64,000 nt of DNA from a virus (IMGVR_UViG_2537561979_000003), one strand, 5' to 3'; positions 32,272 through 42,741 are shown, counted from the first letter of the stretch. Notes: generated from the sequence alone by a model not told the origin. Numbers and translations: made by a program.

Positions 32272-33464
32272 TAATCATCATCCCCGTATAGCTTGCGGGT
32301 AACTTCTTCGTCTTCCTCCTCGTCTTCGTCCAGGTCTTGTTCCAGCCATGGGTCGTTTGATACACCTTCAGTATCAACATCTCCATAACCGCCTGTATCA
32401 ACGATATCGGCGATTTCTTCCCTACGCTGCTCAATCCACAATGCGGCATCGGCGCGGCGGTTGGCGGCCCGTTCTCGCGCAACTTTGTCCAGATCTTCAA
32501 GAGAAGGGCCACCGACGGCTGTTTGCCTTTCCTCATCATCGGTATTGGTCTTAGGAGCACGCAGATCGGCTTTGATTTGCTCCAGCATCAGGGGCGGAAC
32601 TTTCCCGCCATGCGCCTCGATGAATTCAGCTGCTTCCAGCACTGACCAGTTATTTTCACGCTTTCGTTCGTATGCCAGTTTAACAATGCCAGCTTGCCCC
32701 ATAGACAAAGCGTGCTTTTCCGCCTCCCGGCTTTCTTTTCGATAGTTATTCCGGATGCTGTAAATGGTGTTGATCAGGCTGCTTATCTGCGCGGAACAGC
32801 TGTTTAGCATGCTCGCGATACGGTATTCAGGCGGAGTTCCTTCATCATCGTCTTTTTGCTGATCGCGCATTTCCTGAACCAAGCGAATACACGTATCCCT
32901 GGCGTTCTCCAGCATAAGGAGATGAGAGAGAGACTTTTCCAGAAGAGTGGTTTCCAGAACATCAGCCCCGGACCGACGCAACATAGCGCGCGCGGCCTTC
33001 CGCGCTTCAACGTTATCTATCAGGTAATCGCCAGCTTCGAATTCAAAGCGTTCACCATCATCATCCAGGGTGTCGCGTTCCAGGCGATCACGTAAGGTCC
33101 GGTGGGCGCGGGTGATCACGTCATGATCATCAGAACGATCATTTATGCGCTTATTCTGGCGCTTCGCGTTCTCGACTGCGGCACTGACAACAGCATTAAC
33201 TCTTTGTTTTTCAGCCATTTCAGCCACAACGTGATCACCTGCACGTTGATCATTAGCGTGATCAATGATCATGCTTTTTAGTGGTTTTCTGACAGGCTTA
33301 TTTGGCTTACGGCTGTCCGCTGTTCCGGTGTCTTCTTTGAATGCACGGAGATAACGACGTGCGGTGTTTGGGTTGAGATTAAACTCGGCGGCATATTGTG
33401 CGATGGTGTAACCACCATCTCGCGCCAGGCGAGCAAAATTCTTCTTGTGATCGTCCCAGGTCAC
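32271..33464 (-). CDS. pacA: terminase small/recognition subunit PacA, 397 aa; contains the pac site
   Basis: 397 aa; N-terminal HTH-like [29 protein letters not shown]; two clusters of TGATCA hexamers inside the ORF. Confidence 0.85.
   Translation of the reverse strand: MTWDDHKKNFARLARDGGYTIAQYAAEFNLNPNTARRYLRAFKEDTGTADSRKPNKPVRKPLKSMIIDHANDQRAGDHVVAEMAEKQRVNAVVSAAVENAKRQNKRINDRSDDHDVITRAHRTLRDRLERDTLDDDGERFEFEAGDYLIDNVEARKAARAMLRRSGADVLETTLLEKSLSHLLMLENARDTCIRLVQEMRDQQKDDDEGTPPEYRIASMLNSCSAQISSLINTIYSIRNNYRKESREAEKHALSMGQAGIVKLAYERKRENNWSVLEAAEFIEAHGGKVPPLMLEQIKADLRAPKTNTDDEERQTAVGGPSLEDLDKVARERAANRRADAALWIEQRREEIADIVDTGGYGDVDTEGVSNDPWLEQDLDEDEEEDEEVTRKLYGDDD
33112..33272. other. pac: pac packaging site (two clusters of Dam-methylatable TGATCA hexamers)
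   Basis: Hexamers at 33112, 33124, 33136 (plus 33083) and at 33232, 33247, 33259, 33267. Confidence 0.7.
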
Positions 33465-33550
33465 TTATGCTTCCTTTCGTATAAAACTCTTTTTGACGCG
33501 AGGGTAACGAAAGTCACATGTCAAAAGGCCCGGAACGGGCAAGCAATCAA

Positions 33551-34003
33551 TCAGATACGTGCGGATGTGGCATTACCGTAATGACGGTGCTGACGGGCCA
33601 CCTTATTGAAAAGTTGACGCGCCATTACCCAAGGCTGGTGCTCCCGGCGTTCCTTTTCGTCCTGCGTCATATAGAGTTCGTTCTGGAGTTTTTCATCAAA
33701 CCGGCGCGGAGCGCGACTGCGGCGAAAGAATTCAGGATTCAGAGAGTGGATCTGAAATCTACGTGGGCGTGTACTGTCATCAATCAAAACAGACGAATAC
33801 TTAGACACAGCGATAGCCTTTAAGCGCAGATAAACATCGCGCTTATCGACATCCAGATGCGGGTATTCCTTTTCAAGAATTGCTGCGAGTTCTTTCGCTG
33901 ATAGAAGAGATTTAGTGCGGATCATGTAATCCGCAATCTCGTACGATGTTATTCGTGAGTGATTTATTTCCATGAAGTGGCGTCCCTGCCAGTTAAGTAA
34001 CAT
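33551..34003 (-). CDS. lpa: Lpa-like late promoter activator, by position (start uncertain)
   Basis: 150-aa ORF immediately upstream of pacA with a C1 operator and sigma70-like promoter (TTGACA, TAATCA) upstream. Confidence 0.5.
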   Translation of the reverse strand: MLLNWQGRHFMEINHSRITSYEIADYMIRTKSLLSAKELAAILEKEYPHLDVDKRDVYLRLKAIAVSKYSSVLIDDSTRPRRFQIHSLNPEFFRRSRAPRRFDEKLQNELYMTQDEKERREHQPWVMARQLFNKVARQHRHYGNATSARI

Positions 34004-34073
34004 CCTGTCACCTACTGATTAGCCCATGTCAACTAATCAACGTCGAATATAATACCCTAAATTAAAGAAATAG

Positions 34074-34090
34074 CAATACATTAGAGCAAT
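34074..34090 (-). promoter_or_regulatory. C1 operator-like site overlapping the lpa promoter
   Basis: Minus strand ATTGCTCTAATGTATTG. Confidence 0.6.
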
Positions 34091-34091
34091 T

Positions 34092-35135
34092 TTATCTAAC
34101 ACTCGACGAATGACTTGTGATAGCGCCGACTCCAAGCGCGTAATCAAAGAACAATCGTTGATGCATCGCCAGCCTACCGTGCGTCTTCTCCCAATTATCG
34201 CGGTCACGCTCAATATCACGCTGGCATGACTGGCACAGAGGAATAGCATAAATGTCATGCGCGCATAATCGACTATGACGAACGATATAAGGCGTAATGT
34301 GAGCGCCAGCTCCCGCAGCTCCACAGCCACAGCATGGACGGGAAGCCACAAAGTCCATGTACTCGGGCAATTTTAGCGATTGAAGTTTTGGTATCTTGAA
34401 ATGCGCCATACCTGGGTCGGAGTCAACATCCACAGGGCATACTTTTGCACGCATCGGCGCGGCGCGTTCTTCCATCATCTGAACATATGCTGTAGCGCGA
34501 TCGTCATACGGGCGAATATCCGCCTCTTTCAGAGGTCCGCTATCCTGCGGAGTAGCCTTCATCTTATTTATTGATATGCGGCAGACTTCTTCCGGCATCA
34601 GGTGCATCATGTTGCGCATGAAAGCCCACCAGCACAGCTCCTGAATACTTAAATCATGGCTATTTGAAAGGCCCATTTCCTGACGGGCGACATCCAGTAT
34701 CCAGTTAACGCGATTATTGTGCAGCGTTTCTTTCAGCTCATTAAAACCACGCATCCGGTAATGGTTATCGTGATGCCAGCACAACAACACCGCGCTATTG
34801 TCTCGTTCAGCGTGGACAATATGGTTGTCACACCAACTACGATCTGCGGCCTGGCATTGACCCTCTTTCCTACGCAACCACGCCACCAGCGCGTCAATTC
34901 CACCAATACGGCGAAACAGTTCATCGCTGTTAAAAAACGGCTGCAACGCCTCATTTGTTGCCATGGTTTGCTCGGTAACAACTAGGCCGTCTTCCATGTG
35001 CTCGATTAACTCACGCGGCACCGGCTCCATAATAAATTTACGGCCAGCCTCCACCAGCTTTCTGACCTCCTGATCCACTTTGAACGTGGCGAGGCCAAGC
35101 TCTTTCTGTACAAAGGGAGTAATTACGGCTTTCAC
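34092..35135 (-). CDS. hypothetical Cys/His-rich protein (PdcB-like by position)
   Basis: 347-aa ORF downstream of phd-doc; multiple CxxC/HxxC clusters. Confidence 0.4.
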   Translation of the reverse strand: MKAVITPFVQKELGLATFKVDQEVRKLVEAGRKFIMEPVPRELIEHMEDGLVVTEQTMATNEALQPFFNSDELFRRIGGIDALVAWLRRKEGQCQAADRSWCDNHIVHAERDNSAVLLCWHHDNHYRMRGFNELKETLHNNRVNWILDVARQEMGLSNSHDLSIQELCWWAFMRNMMHLMPEEVCRISINKMKATPQDSGPLKEADIRPYDDRATAYVQMMEERAAPMRAKVCPVDVDSDPGMAHFKIPKLQSLKLPEYMDFVASRPCCGCGAAGAGAHITPYIVRHSRLCAHDIYAIPLCQSCQRDIERDRDNWEKTHGRLAMHQRLFFDYALGVGAITSHSSSVR

Positions 35136-35162
35136 ATCACACCTTTAATCACTGATTGGGCT

Positions 35163-35363
35163 TTATCTGCTGCCCGACATTATCTGTTTAAGCACAACCA
35201 TTTCCTGACGGCATAACACAGCAATAGCGGTCCTGGCACCAATTTGCTTACTAACCAGGTATTGCTTTATCTTGCGGCGACTCACGCCATCAAGAAGCAT
35301 CTTTAACGCTTCACGGGACAATTTGTTGTATTTGCGTGCCATTAATCTACTCCGCAGAACCAT
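35163..35363 (-). CDS. small basic protein (PdcA-like by position)
   Basis: 66-aa ORF overlapping the doc 3' end. Confidence 0.3.
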   Translation of the reverse strand: MVLRSRLMARKYNKLSREALKMLLDGVSRRKIKQYLVSKQIGARTAIAVLCRQEMVVLKQIMSGSR

Positions 35364-35727
35364 ACAATCTACGTAACGTGGCGGCGACAGAAGATACAGA
35401 TATCTCGCCAGTCGCAGCGCCTACAGTAAGGTCTGCCAGTTCAGGTGAATCAAATACCTGCACCCCGTTACGGCGTAGAAATAGCAGCGCACTGTTTAGC
35501 GCGGTACGCTTATTGGCATCATTGAATATATGCCCTCTCGCTGTAGCCACCAGGTAGGTGGCGGAGACTTCGAAAAGGTCGGTGATCTCTTCGTAGGCAA
35601 CTCTGGCCTGAACTCTCCCGATAATGGCCTCTGCCCTACCCGGATCTGACATTCCCGGCAGGCCGCCGTAGCGGTTTATATTCGCATCATGAAGCGCAAT
35701 AAGTTCTTCCGGTGATATATGCCTCAT
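35347..35727 (-). CDS. doc: Doc toxin (Fic-fold kinase), 126 aa
   Basis: [92 protein letters not shown]... matches P1 Doc. Confidence 0.93.
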   Translation of the reverse strand: MRHISPEELIALHDANINRYGGLPGMSDPGRAEAIIGRVQARVAYEEITDLFEVSATYLVATARGHIFNDANKRTALNSALLFLRRNGVQVFDSPELADLTVGAATGEISVSSVAATLRRLYGSAE

Positions 35728-35948
35728 TATCGGTTAACCAGTTCCTTGTTGGTGGAGTCCAGGGTGTCAAACAGGGATGCAAATTCAGCATCCAGCGCCG
35801 CTTTTTTGTAGGCTTCGAAAGTAGCCTTGCTGACAATTACTGCTGGCTCACGGCCTCTGCGGGTGATTTCAACCTCTTCCCCGGCTTCAACATTGTTGAG
35901 CACTTCAGAAAGGTTGCCGCGCGCGGTACGGAAGTTAATGGATTGCAT
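35727..35948 (-). CDS. phd: Phd antitoxin, 73 aa
   Basis: [73 protein letters not shown]; stop overlaps the doc start. Confidence 0.93.
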   Translation of the reverse strand: MQSINFRTARGNLSEVLNNVEAGEEVEITRRGREPAVIVSKATFEAYKKAALDAEFASLFDTLDSTNKELVNR

Positions 35949-36020
35949 AAACACCTCGTGTACTCGTTATGTGTACACAATTATAAACTTCACAGGCATA
36001 AAGCACCAGCACTTTGCAGC

Positions 36021-36410
36021 TTAAATCACCGGACAATCATCAAATTCCCCACTTCGGGCATCATTAATGACATGAGTGATCACACCAAACACAGCATTAC
36101 TCCCCGTGCATCCATCGTCATCCACTGGTAACGCCTCTTTCTTCCCGGTGCTTAAATCCTCCAGGTGCTGGCGCGGATACTTTCGGTATCTCTTTATGCG
36201 ATATTCACCCTCCATAGCGCACACAAGCAGCGAACCATCAACTGGAGTAAGCGAAGAATCAACCACCAGCAAAGCACCCTGCAATATTCCCTCACGGTGA
36301 TGGCTATCAGCTGCCCGCATGAAGTAGGTTGCTGATGGATGTCTAATTATCTGCTGATCAAGAGAAATTCGGCTTTCAACATAATCCGCCGCAGGAGAAG
36401 GGAAACCCAT
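36021..36410 (-). CDS. humD: HumD (UmuD' homologue), 129 aa
   Basis: LexA/UmuD-type peptidase S24 domain; SOS box immediately upstream. Confidence 0.8.
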   Translation of the reverse strand: MGFPSPAADYVESRISLDQQIIRHPSATYFMRAADSHHREGILQGALLVVDSSLTPVDGSLLVCAMEGEYRIKRYRKYPRQHLEDLSTGKKEALPVDDDGCTGSNAVFGVITHVINDARSGEFDDCPVI

Positions 36411-36430
36411 AGCGTTTTACCTCAAAAATA

Positions 36431-36446
36431 CTGTTTATCTATACAG
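36431..36446. promoter_or_regulatory. LexA (SOS) box
   Basis: CTGTTTATCTATACAG matches CTGT-N8-ACAG, within TACTGTTTATCTATACAGCA. Confidence 0.7.
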
Positions 36447-36761
36447 CATACATTAAAGAAGCACCTTTGGTGCAAACGCGTTATGTACATCAACCACCGC
36501 TGATGATTTTTGTGCGCTTTGCTACTATTCATCACCGCGGGGTCAGCGTAACCTCGTTGCCAATCAGTTAATAAGGAATTAGCTATGCCTAATCGCATTC
36601 CTCTCGATCCTGTATTGCCCAAAAATTTTGACTGCACTCCTAACGAGAAACGCTCTAAAGCTCAGCTGGACGCCTAGTGGGACCATCCATATGGGGTTAC
36701 ACAACCTGACGGGAAAATTGTAGTTTATTGTCTGAATGGTGGGGCGTGGGACCGTCCATCC

Positions 36762-37169
36762 GTGCTTTGTTTGGCAGATAACTATGATGAAGCCTGTGAA
36801 CTTGCCGAAAGACAGCAGGCAAGCTGGGTAAAAACACGGTCTGAACCGACATTCATGTTTTCAAAAGAACCGCCATTTATACTGGCGAGGATGCCGCAGC
36901 GACCGGATCATCAACAAGAAATTGTTGCTGAATTTTCCTCAAGGGATGAGATGAATCTCTTCTCATTAAAGCAGGAAGAAAGGGATCGCGTCGAAGTGTC
37001 TCCAACTCTCGACCACAACCGGATGAACCTGGCCCAGCTCGCCTGGTACAGCAAAGAATTAGAGATGTCTATTGCCCGGCTTGAAAACGAAAAAGCCGCT
37101 ATCCAAGTCCAGCACGAAGTAGTTCTGAACCGGATTAGAGAAATGCAAAACGATAACAGGGGATTTTGA
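36762..37169 (+). CDS. hypothetical protein with C-terminal coiled coil; start unresolved (no in-frame ATG with SD)
   Basis: Open frame extends upstream to 36678; a 30-codon ORF with good SD (36585-36677) sits in another frame just upstream. Confidence 0.35.
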   Translation: MLCLADNYDEACELAERQQASWVKTRSEPTFMFSKEPPFILARMPQRPDHQQEIVAEFSSRDEMNLFSLKQEERDRVEVSPTLDHNRMNLAQLAWYSKELEMSIARLENEKAAIQVQHEVVLNRIREMQNDNRGF

Positions 37170-37526
37170 ATGGCTAAAATCGAGTACCATCGCGATCGCG
37201 GTAATTACCTGGAAATATACGATCATGAATCTCTTAACGATATCAACGATGCGTTATATGAATACTGTGAAAAAACGAGCATCACAGATGCACCTGATGC
37301 ATTTGTCGAGCTGCCGGTATATCTCCGCGACATCTATGCAATACGAACACCGCCCGTATCGGTGATTCACATTGGCTATGTCCGCCTGTCCATCGAAGAA
37401 GATGAAGATCGTTATATCGTGCGCCACTATACATTGGACAGAAAAGAACTTCCTAATGAATGGAACATGAGTAATTTCTACAACGGTGAATATGGCTTAA
37501 AATCCGCTAATAATTTACGGTCATAA
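37170..37526 (+). CDS. hypothetical protein, translationally coupled to the upstream ORF
   Basis: TGAATG stop-start junction; 118 aa; no recognisable motif. Confidence 0.4.
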   Translation: MAKIEYHRDRGNYLEIYDHESLNDINDALYEYCEKTSITDAPDAFVELPVYLRDIYAIRTPPVSVIHIGYVRLSIEEDEDRYIVRHYTLDRKELPNEWNMSNFYNGEYGLKSANNLRS

Positions 37527-38371
37527 TCTATACAGGCATGTATAACAACAACGAGTCTATTAGCTGTCAACAACGTTATTTCCTCAAATAAGAAAAAGCA
37601 GAAAACAAATTATTTAAGGTCACAAATTGTGGCCTTGATGGAGGAGGGAGGCTTATTGGCTATGGCTAAAAATCAAATTAGACACTTCATGTTGCTGTAG
37701 CTCATCAAGATCCGAGGCCACAAAACCTTTTCCGAAAAACTTCACAAGTAACTCACTAGCCGCATCATTGTCACCTATTACACGAAAGTCATACGGCAAC
37801 GTCGCAAGTTGACGATGTAATCCTGCTGAGAAAGTCGAATCTAACAGCGCCCAGAATTCCCACCGCAGGATAATACTCGCCTCTTAATACTGTATATATG
37901 TTGTTACGATATGTTTTTCTGTCTCTAAAAAAAGATGTTTGAAGGGGATAAAAATATACAATTCCAACAAACGTTATTTTTAACAATTTTTTTCTTTGCG
38001 TTGACTTTCCCGGACACCTTGTCTGACCGAAGGTGCGCGAAAGCCACTTTTTCCTTCCTGAGTTATCCACAAAGTTATGCACTTGCAAGAGGGCCATTTT
38101 CTACATATTGTGGTGGCTAACAGATGAAATGAATGTAGATTAATTGAAGATAAGGAGAAAATTTGAGATGCAATCATGACGTTAATAGATAGGGTCTGCA
38201 TTACAGACCCCACCCGCATCAAGGAATTAGCCGTTCCCTGATGTTTTTCCGAAAACATGTGCCGTAAGCTCACGTTAACGACTTTCATTCACCGAATCCA
38301 ACTATATAGGGGTTGGGTTTCTACGTCAACGTGAGCAAGTGCACCTTTACATTTGACAAGGAACCACCTGA

Positions 38372-38508
38372 ATGAACGCTTTTTTTCAGTTCCTGAGTGC
38401 ATTTTTAGATGCGCCTATTATTAGCCAGATTCTGGCTATTATCCTCATCATCGTTTTGATTTTGCTTTTAAGGTCAGTAAAAAATGGAATTATGCACTGG
38501 CTTACTTA
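38372..38508 (+). CDS. candidate 45-codon hydrophobic peptide (type I toxin-like), unverified
   Basis: MNAFFQFLSAFLDAPIISQILAIILIIVLILLLRSVKNGIMHWLT; TTGACA about 20 bp upstream; lies in an otherwise non-coding AT-rich spacer. Confidence 0.25.
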
Positions 38509-38584
38509 ATGTTTCAGTGAAACATTAAAATCTCCTTGATGTGGAAACAATCATTTTCTGTATGTGCTGGTGGGCACCTGTAGT

Positions 38585-38947
38585 TCAGCTTTCGTTGGCA
38601 TTTAACTTCGTCTTTGCTTTCTCCACCAGCAACTTCCAGATGCCTATTTCATTAGCAGCCGCCTTGATGGCGGCATAAAAAGCATCTTGCTGATCGTAAC
38701 GCTGGATCTGTTTTTTCAGTTTTGCCTCCACCAATTTAATTTCATTACGTGCTTTCTGAAGCCGCATCACCGCCCGGTTACGTCTGTTCTTGTATAGCGT
38801 GTTAATCTCTGACAATTGCTTTAATTTACCAGCCTGACTGCGGATTATCGCCTCCCTGGCTTCTGCCGTGCGTCTCATCTGATCTCTTAAGAGTTCACCG
38901 TTTTCGATAATTCTTTCAAGGTGTTTGATGTGATCTGCAACTCTCAT
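38585..38947 (-). CDS. hypothetical protein
   Basis: 120-aa ORF, basic and helical. Confidence 0.45.
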   Translation of the reverse strand: MRVADHIKHLERIIENGELLRDQMRRTAEAREAIIRSQAGKLKQLSEINTLYKNRRNRAVMRLQKARNEIKLVEAKLKKQIQRYDQQDAFYAAIKAAANEIGIWKLLVEKAKTKLNANES

Positions 38948-39825
38948 ACTTCACCCTCGCTTGTATCACCAGCGTCCACCAACGACAATAAAGCCCTGGC
39001 CATCTTATGAACCAACAGTGCATCAATAATGCCAAGCGTATGCCCCGGCTTAATGTTTAATGCTGCCTCAAGATGACACCTTTCCAGACCGCTTTTCTCG
39101 GCTTGTTTATGATGATATGGCGTAATAACGTCGCCCAAAACACGGCTAATTCTTTCTCGTAATTGCTGGGTGCCAGCACACTTGATCGCTGTATCGTGGA
39201 GACGGTTAACCAGTTCGCGATAAACATGCGGCTTAATGCGGATACGTTCACCGGTGACGCCCTTTCCTGGCGTAGGCACCGAACTATCCGGAATATCCGG
39301 ATAGTTGCCAGCCAGTCTACGCAAAACAGCCTTAATTGCATCAATACGGTCATCATCAACTTTTTCTACAATATTGGAATTTAAATACTTCGAAGCCTTG
39401 CTATGCCAATCGCTGGTTTTAGGGTCTTGTCCATCCATCAAACGCCAAGCTTCAGCGATTAACTCATAGCCAGTAACAGTGGCTTCCTGCGCATCACCAA
39501 TCAGTTGTGTGATCTCTCTTTCAAGCATGCTTAGAGCGTTAGGCATTGGTTTTTCTTCCGGTACTACTGGAACGGGGGGAGCGGCGTAGACCTCAATAAT
39601 TCCATTATCAATAGGCCATTCTCCATCCTTGAGGTAGTCACTTGTGCCGTCAACTTGCTGTTCTGCAATGTGGAATGCACCTATTGGTTTTGCTTCCAGT
39701 GATGCCAGAGCAATTCGTGCCAGTTCTTCCGCTTCTTCTGCTGGCAGTACAACGTTGCTACCAGGTCCGTATGTTTCGCGCCACTGCTTGATTGTCAGTA
39801 GTCGCTCTTTGGTAATAGTGATCAT
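38944..39825 (-). CDS. hypothetical protein
   Basis: 293-aa ORF overlapping its neighbours' stops and starts. Confidence 0.5.
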   Translation of the reverse strand: MITITKERLLTIKQWRETYGPGSNVVLPAEEAEELARIALASLEAKPIGAFHIAEQQVDGTSDYLKDGEWPIDNGIIEVYAAPPVPVVPEEKPMPNALSMLEREITQLIGDAQEATVTGYELIAEAWRLMDGQDPKTSDWHSKASKYLNSNIVEKVDDDRIDAIKAVLRRLAGNYPDIPDSSVPTPGKGVTGERIRIKPHVYRELVNRLHDTAIKCAGTQQLRERISRVLGDVITPYHHKQAEKSGLERCHLEAALNIKPGHTLGIIDALLVHKMARALLSLVDAGDTSEGEV

Positions 39826-40337
39826 GCCGCGTTTCCTTCTTTCTTATTAACAATTACACCGTCATATATTTCATTAAGGTGCCCTCTTAACTCCATGCGC
39901 CTTAATGCAGATAACATGTAATCGCATTCAACCTGCTTATTTCCAGTAAATGGCTTATCGTCAGGATTACCCCAACAGCAATTACCCTTGGGCCACCCAT
40001 GTACTTTCCGTACTCTTCCGTTAACAACGTGAAGTAATCCCCAGCCAGGAGGTAAATCCTCAATTGAAATAATTCCCGGCTCACTAATAAAGAATCGCCA
40101 GTCGCCCATGCCAAGTGAGGGATTTTTACGGAAACGCTTTTTTCTATCTGCCAACAAATCAGCACGAGAACACTTCGCCTCTATCAGGCATGATGCTGAA
40201 TTTCTGAATCCCATAGCATCTGGCTGTTCTCCGGTACTGGTTACAGCTATAAAGCGGTCATGAAAACAAACCTTGAACCCGTTGCGCTTAAGGAACTTGT
40301 ACGCAATCTGACAGAGTTCGCGGTGTGTTAACGCCAT
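39822..40337 (-). CDS. putative PD-(D/E)xK nuclease-fold protein
   Basis: Candidate motif ...QPDAMGF...CLIEAKCSRADLL...; AAGGAG SD upstream of MALTHREL. Confidence 0.4.
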   Translation of the reverse strand: MALTHRELCQIAYKFLKRNGFKVCFHDRFIAVTSTGEQPDAMGFRNSASCLIEAKCSRADLLADRKKRFRKNPSLGMGDWRFFISEPGIISIEDLPPGWGLLHVVNGRVRKVHGWPKGNCCWGNPDDKPFTGNKQVECDYMLSALRRMELRGHLNEIYDGVIVNKKEGNAA

Positions 40338-40338
40338 A

Positions 40339-40971
40339 TCACTCTCCTTTGATGCGAATGCCAGCGGCGCGGGGCACATTAACTTCCACGATGCGCACAG
40401 TTGGTTTGTACATCTCAATCGCAGTCAGCCAGTCAGCGCCAGTCATGCGCTTTTCTGCATCGCCATTAGTCCACTTAACCGGTACACCAATAGCCTTCAT
40501 CGCGATTTCTATTTCCCCGGCAATGGCGCTTTTTCCGCAACCAGTAAAACCAGATACAACGACCAGAACTTCACCTTTGGCTGGTTTTATTTCCCGCGCT
40601 TCCAGTTCTGCTATGCGCTTACTTCCATCCGAGATAACACCTTCGTAATACTCACGCTGCTCGTTGAGTTTTGATTTTGCTTCCTCAAGCTCAACTCTCA
40701 GCTTCCCTACCGTTAGAGCAATATCCTCGTTCTCCTGGTCACGGCGTTTGATGTATTGCTGGTTTCTTTCCCGTTCATCCAGTAGTGCCAGCACGGTTTC
40801 TGGTCCGGCCAGAAATTTGAAGGCGTTGAGCGCATCAATATCCACACCGTAATCTTTAAGTTCCTGTTCACTTAACAAATCATCATCAGCTGGCAACATT
40901 AACAGGCGTTCCATTGCTGGAATTGCACGTTCCGCCGCCTCACGCAGTGCCTGGTAATTAATTTCGCTCAC
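40339..40971 (-). CDS. hypothetical P-loop protein
   Basis: Walker A-like VVVSGFTGCGKSAIAGE in the C-terminal half; N-terminus MSEINYQALREAAERA shared with another ORF. Confidence 0.45.
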   Translation of the reverse strand: MSEINYQALREAAERAIPAMERLLMLPADDDLLSEQELKDYGVDIDALNAFKFLAGPETVLALLDERERNQQYIKRRDQENEDIALTVGKLRVELEEAKSKLNEQREYYEGVISDGSKRIAELEAREIKPAKGEVLVVVSGFTGCGKSAIAGEIEIAMKAIGVPVKWTNGDAEKRMTGADWLTAIEMYKPTVRIVEVNVPRAAGIRIKGE

Positions 40972-41639
40972 TGGTTGCCTCCTTTGCGAAGCTGTTCAGC
41001 AATACTTACGCATATCTCTGCGCCTCTAATCAGCCCCGGAACGTTCTTGTTTGGCCCAACTTCACCATCAACAAAATCAATCATCGCGTTACGAGCCATA
41101 TCCACCCCCTGCGCCCGAACTTCAGCCAGGAAAGCGTCGGTGGCTGGAATTTGCGGCATCCCTCCGTCTGTTGCGCAGATATACGCATCAGATATTTCAT
41201 CCTGCTGGCCATCAAACACGTAGCAACAGCCCCTGATAAACAGCTTCATTGAGGCATTCTCCACTGCCAGCGCCGTGCGATTACCATCCAGCTCTGCAAT
41301 ACGCTGTTTTGCGGCATCCAGTTCAATCGACAATTTTTCCAACTGCTCTTGATGCTTCTTGTATTCCTGATATGCGTGCCAAGACTGACCTTTGCGCACA
41401 CTATCAGTGATATCAGTAATCTGTTCTGGTGTTAGCGTGGCCAGTGGCTGTGATGGGAAAATAAGCACTTTCCCGGAATCCCAATCAAAACCAGCGTGAA
41501 TTGACTGAACCTCAACTGAAGGTGTTGAACCAATGCTGCCAGGCGAATGAACAACGATCGTTACATCCATATCGCGACGATGGCTGTGGTTGTTGGACAA
41601 AATACGATTCACCAACTCAGAAAATTTGGAAAATTTCAT
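40968..41639 (-). CDS. hypothetical protein (paralogue family A)
   Basis: Shares ...IPATDAFLAEVRAQG... and a C-terminal AEQLRKGGNQ-type tail with the ORF at 41923-42741. Confidence 0.45.
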   Translation of the reverse strand: MKFSKFSELVNRILSNNHSHRRDMDVTIVVHSPGSIGSTPSVEVQSIHAGFDWDSGKVLIFPSQPLATLTPEQITDITDSVRKGQSWHAYQEYKKHQEQLEKLSIELDAAKQRIAELDGNRTALAVENASMKLFIRGCCYVFDGQQDEISDAYICATDGGMPQIPATDAFLAEVRAQGVDMARNAMIDFVDGEVGPNKNVPGLIRGAEICVSIAEQLRKGGNQ

Positions 41640-41959
41640 GCTGATTCCCCTTTCTCTGCTCTCTCCTGTCGGAACATCACTATCATCAGGTCGCCTTTTG
41701 TCGCTATCCTGGCTGTTGTACCTGGTTCAATGCGGCTAAGCTCAAATGCGTCATAGAACGCTTCTAATGCCTTCTGGCGTAGTTCCTGTTTGCGCCGTTT
41801 TTTCCACTGTTTTAGGAAAATGGAACCCAGCCATCGCCATGTACGGGACATGATGTAAAGCCAACCGAGAAGTGCCAGACCGGTATTTAGGAGCGTATCG
41901 ATCGTTATTGTCGTGTCGATATTCACTGGCTGCTTCCTTTGCGAATCTGTTCCGCCCAT
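41636..41959 (-). CDS. hypothetical small membrane protein
   Basis: 107-aa ORF with a hydrophobic segment LLNTGLALLGWLYIM. Confidence 0.35.
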   Translation of the reverse strand: MGGTDSQRKQPVNIDTTITIDTLLNTGLALLGWLYIMSRTWRWLGSIFLKQWKKRRKQELRQKALEAFYDAFELSRIEPGTTARIATKGDLMIVMFRQERAEKGESA

Positions 41960-42741
41960 TCTTCAAGGGATTTCTCCGCATATTCACCAGACAGGCCATC
42001 AATCGGATGCGCTTCATTAGCCAACTCTTCTTTCGCTGACAAAATCATGCGTGTAACGTCGAAAACTTCACGCAAAGACTTATTGATAAATCCGTGATTG
42101 AACGCAGCAGCAAGACGGCTGGCGGTATAGTTAATCCCCTCGTTGCGTGCTTCCGCACGTACTTCAGCAAGGAAAGCATCGGTGGCTGGGGTTTCGACAT
42201 TAGGTCGAAGCTCATAATCACAAACTCTTTCAATCCATGGTGATACTCTGTCGCATTTCCTCTTCTTGCGTTCACCGACCTTGGTTGCCTGCTGAATAAT
42301 TACCCCCCAGCAAATGCTTTCGACCTCTTCGCTCCATCCATCGCAAGCATCGCCTCTATAGTCGTCAATTGCAGCCTCAGCAGCAGCGATAGCCTCCTCA
42401 GCAGTTTTGTGACACTCGAAACTAAATTCAGAGCCATATGAGAAATACATAGCCCCGGCCTTCAGTCTTGCATTCTCCGCTGCCAGCGCCGCGCACTTGG
42501 CCTCAAGAGCGGCAACCACTTCCTGATGGTCTTTGTACTTAACGTATGAGCCGGAGATGTCATCACCTTCGGTGTTTAGCCATGCGTCATTGCAATTCAC
42601 TGCGTAGGTTCTGATGCTCATGCTGATGCTCTCCCGCCCCTGACAGACGCCAGGCCAGTCAATAAAGTATCCGCAATGCCTACCCTCAGACGTGCGCGCA
42701 GGATAAATGCCGTTATGACCGGCAAAATATATGCTACCCAT
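41923..42741 (-). CDS. hypothetical protein (paralogue family A); 5' end possibly frameshifted
   Basis: C-terminal region paralogous to 40968-41639; an overlapping ORF (42618-42800) in another frame carries the MSKINYQELREAAEQA N-terminus. Confidence 0.4.
   Translation of the reverse strand: MGSIYFAGHNGIYPARTSEGRHCGYFIDWPGVCQGRESISMSIRTYAVNCNDAWLNTEGDDISGSYVKYKDHQEVVAALEAKCAALAAENARLKAGAMYFSYGSEFSFECHKTAEEAIAAAEAAIDDYRGDACDGWSEEVESICWGVIIQQATKVGERKKRKCDRVSPWIERVCDYELRPNVETPATDAFLAEVRAEARNEGINYTASRLAAAFNHGFINKSLREVFDVTRMILSAKEELANEAHPIDGLSGEYAEKSLEEWAEQIRKGSSQ

Noticed and set aside
36411-38584. A theta-subunit (HolE-like) homologue expected near humD in P1
   Set aside because: None of the ORFs in this interval resembles HolE in size or sequence; left unannotated.
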